Source: Marsupella aquatica (lineage: Eukaryota > Plantae > Marchantiophyta). Taken from it: a stretch of DNA of 64,000 nucleotides. The translations under genes were made by a program, and so were the position numbers. Below are positions 62,698 to 64,000 of this stretch, in pieces (position 1 is the first letter of the stretch; every line of letters starts with the position of its first letter). Location: contig OZ316893.1 of assembly GCA_973895155.1 (NCBI GenBank), positions 20,092,857 to 20,156,856 of the forward strand, given 5' to 3'. The notes beneath the pieces were generated by a model that searched no databases, had not been told where the DNA came from, and was given only the letters and a program-made list of their open reading frames with translations.

Positions 62698-63559
62698 GTT
62701 GTTGTCCCCACTGTATATGATAGGGTCTGAAATACCAATCTATCTTTCATTACCTTGGGTCCAAACCTCTGCAATTCCTTTCATCAGCACTTTAGAGTCC
62801 GAAACATTAGAACCTGGACTCGGGTGGAAGAATTTACCTTGCCAGTCAGGCGAGCCGTCAACCCAATAGTGTCGAAGAAAATTCTTAAGAGTGTATGCGG
62901 CAAAATCAAATGAAGAACACATGAGTTCGTTTGACCTTTTTTTCGAGGTATCTCATTTATTGGAAATTTGGCGAAGGTGCTGCAAACATATCCAGACCCA
63001 AGTGAGGAACTAAGCGATGCATTTGCTTACAGGTCTTGCACGATCAAGATGTATAATGCTTGAAATATGGATAAAAAGCAACCTTCGTAAATTACCTTTT
63101 GATCGATTCTTTCGACATGGGTGGCCGCTTCGAGGTGTCTGATCGCACCACGAATGTCATTGCCTTGTTGGAGGTTCGGATTCTCGAGAAATTTCTAAGT
63201 AAGTCAGATGTGTCCCATTTCTTTGAGAACAAGAGGGTCGTAAGTAGGCATCAAACAAGATCACTGCAATCGCTTAATTGTATTCAGAAATCTGCGTGAT
63301 CTACAGTGTGGTGAGTTGGAAATAATTCAAAAAATGCTTCTAAAGAAAATGAATAATTGAAAGGGTTCACAGCGCAGAAAAGCAGCGGATGTTGTCCTTC
63401 AAGTTATCGAGCAGTTTGGAAGATGAGCACCTTAGTGACTGAGCATCCGAGGGGTCACATTACAGATTGAGTTGTGGCAGGCAAATCAATAGGAAAATCC
63501 ACTGGGAGTCCAGGGCCATGGTCCGTCCGGCTCACGGGTTCACTCCAGACAAACCACTG

Positions 63560-63722
63560 GAGAATGAAGTCACCTGTACATCAGGTTAGTGTCGAGAGTT
63601 TGGAATATCTGGACAGCCGAACGCCAGCTTGGCAAAGTAATTTAGGCCTTCTAAGCCATCGAGAATGAAGTCACTCGTACATCAGGTTAGTATCGAGAGT
63701 TGGAATGTCCGGACAGCCGAAC
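63560..63722 (+). repeat. ~62-bp direct repeat, 2 copies
   Basis: gagaatgaagtcac..gtacatcaggttagt.tcgagagtt(t)ggaat.tc.ggacagccgaac at 63560 and 63661. Confidence 0.85.
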
Positions 63723-64000
63723 TCTGGATACTAACCTCATTCGGCCTTCTTTGAATTGCTGAGAGTCAGAGGAGTCGACGAGGCAATGGTTTTTATGCCT
63801 TCTATGAGTTGCTCAGAGGCAGAGACCTAGAAAATAAGTTTTAAGAACTGCTGGGCAGAACTGGCACACTTGGCTCATAGTTGAAACCTATCGGAAGGTG
63901 TTTAGGGTTCAGGGTTGCCTCTGCTTTAGGTAGAGAATTTCTTCAAGAGACCAACCTCTACAAGTTCAATGTTACTCCATCAGAAGCTTCAGGTTTATTA

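Overview
Eukaryotic (plant nuclear) DNA with GT-AG spliced genes, probably from a non-seed land plant (inference). Host genes: RPL15, NDUFS5 (absent from the ORF track), plastid protease SppA, a GPI-anchored lipid-transfer protein and RPS19. The middle ~28 kb is transposon-derived. (i) A full-length decayed Ty1/Copia element (16208-32209; ~345-bp LTRs, ATTTC TSD, tRNA-Met PBS). (ii) Nested in its 5' leader, a Ty3/Gypsy-type element with polyprotein order Gag-PR-DNMT3-like C5 methyltransferase-RT-RNaseH-integrase-PHD finger; I found no paired LTRs or tRNA PBS for it, but it has a terminal hairpin. (iii) A 10-kb DNA transposon with 359-bp TIRs, an apparent TA target duplication, a MULE/SWIM transposase resembling conserved angiosperm SWIM-finger genes, an RPA1-like OB-fold gene and a third unknown gene. 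The right part holds a ~4.2-kb degenerate inverted repeat, two inverted tRNA-like repeats and a triplicated RPS19 upstream segment. The standout system is the retrotransposon carrying both a DNA-methylation writer and a histone reader. All homology calls come from motif recognition by eye; no searches were run.
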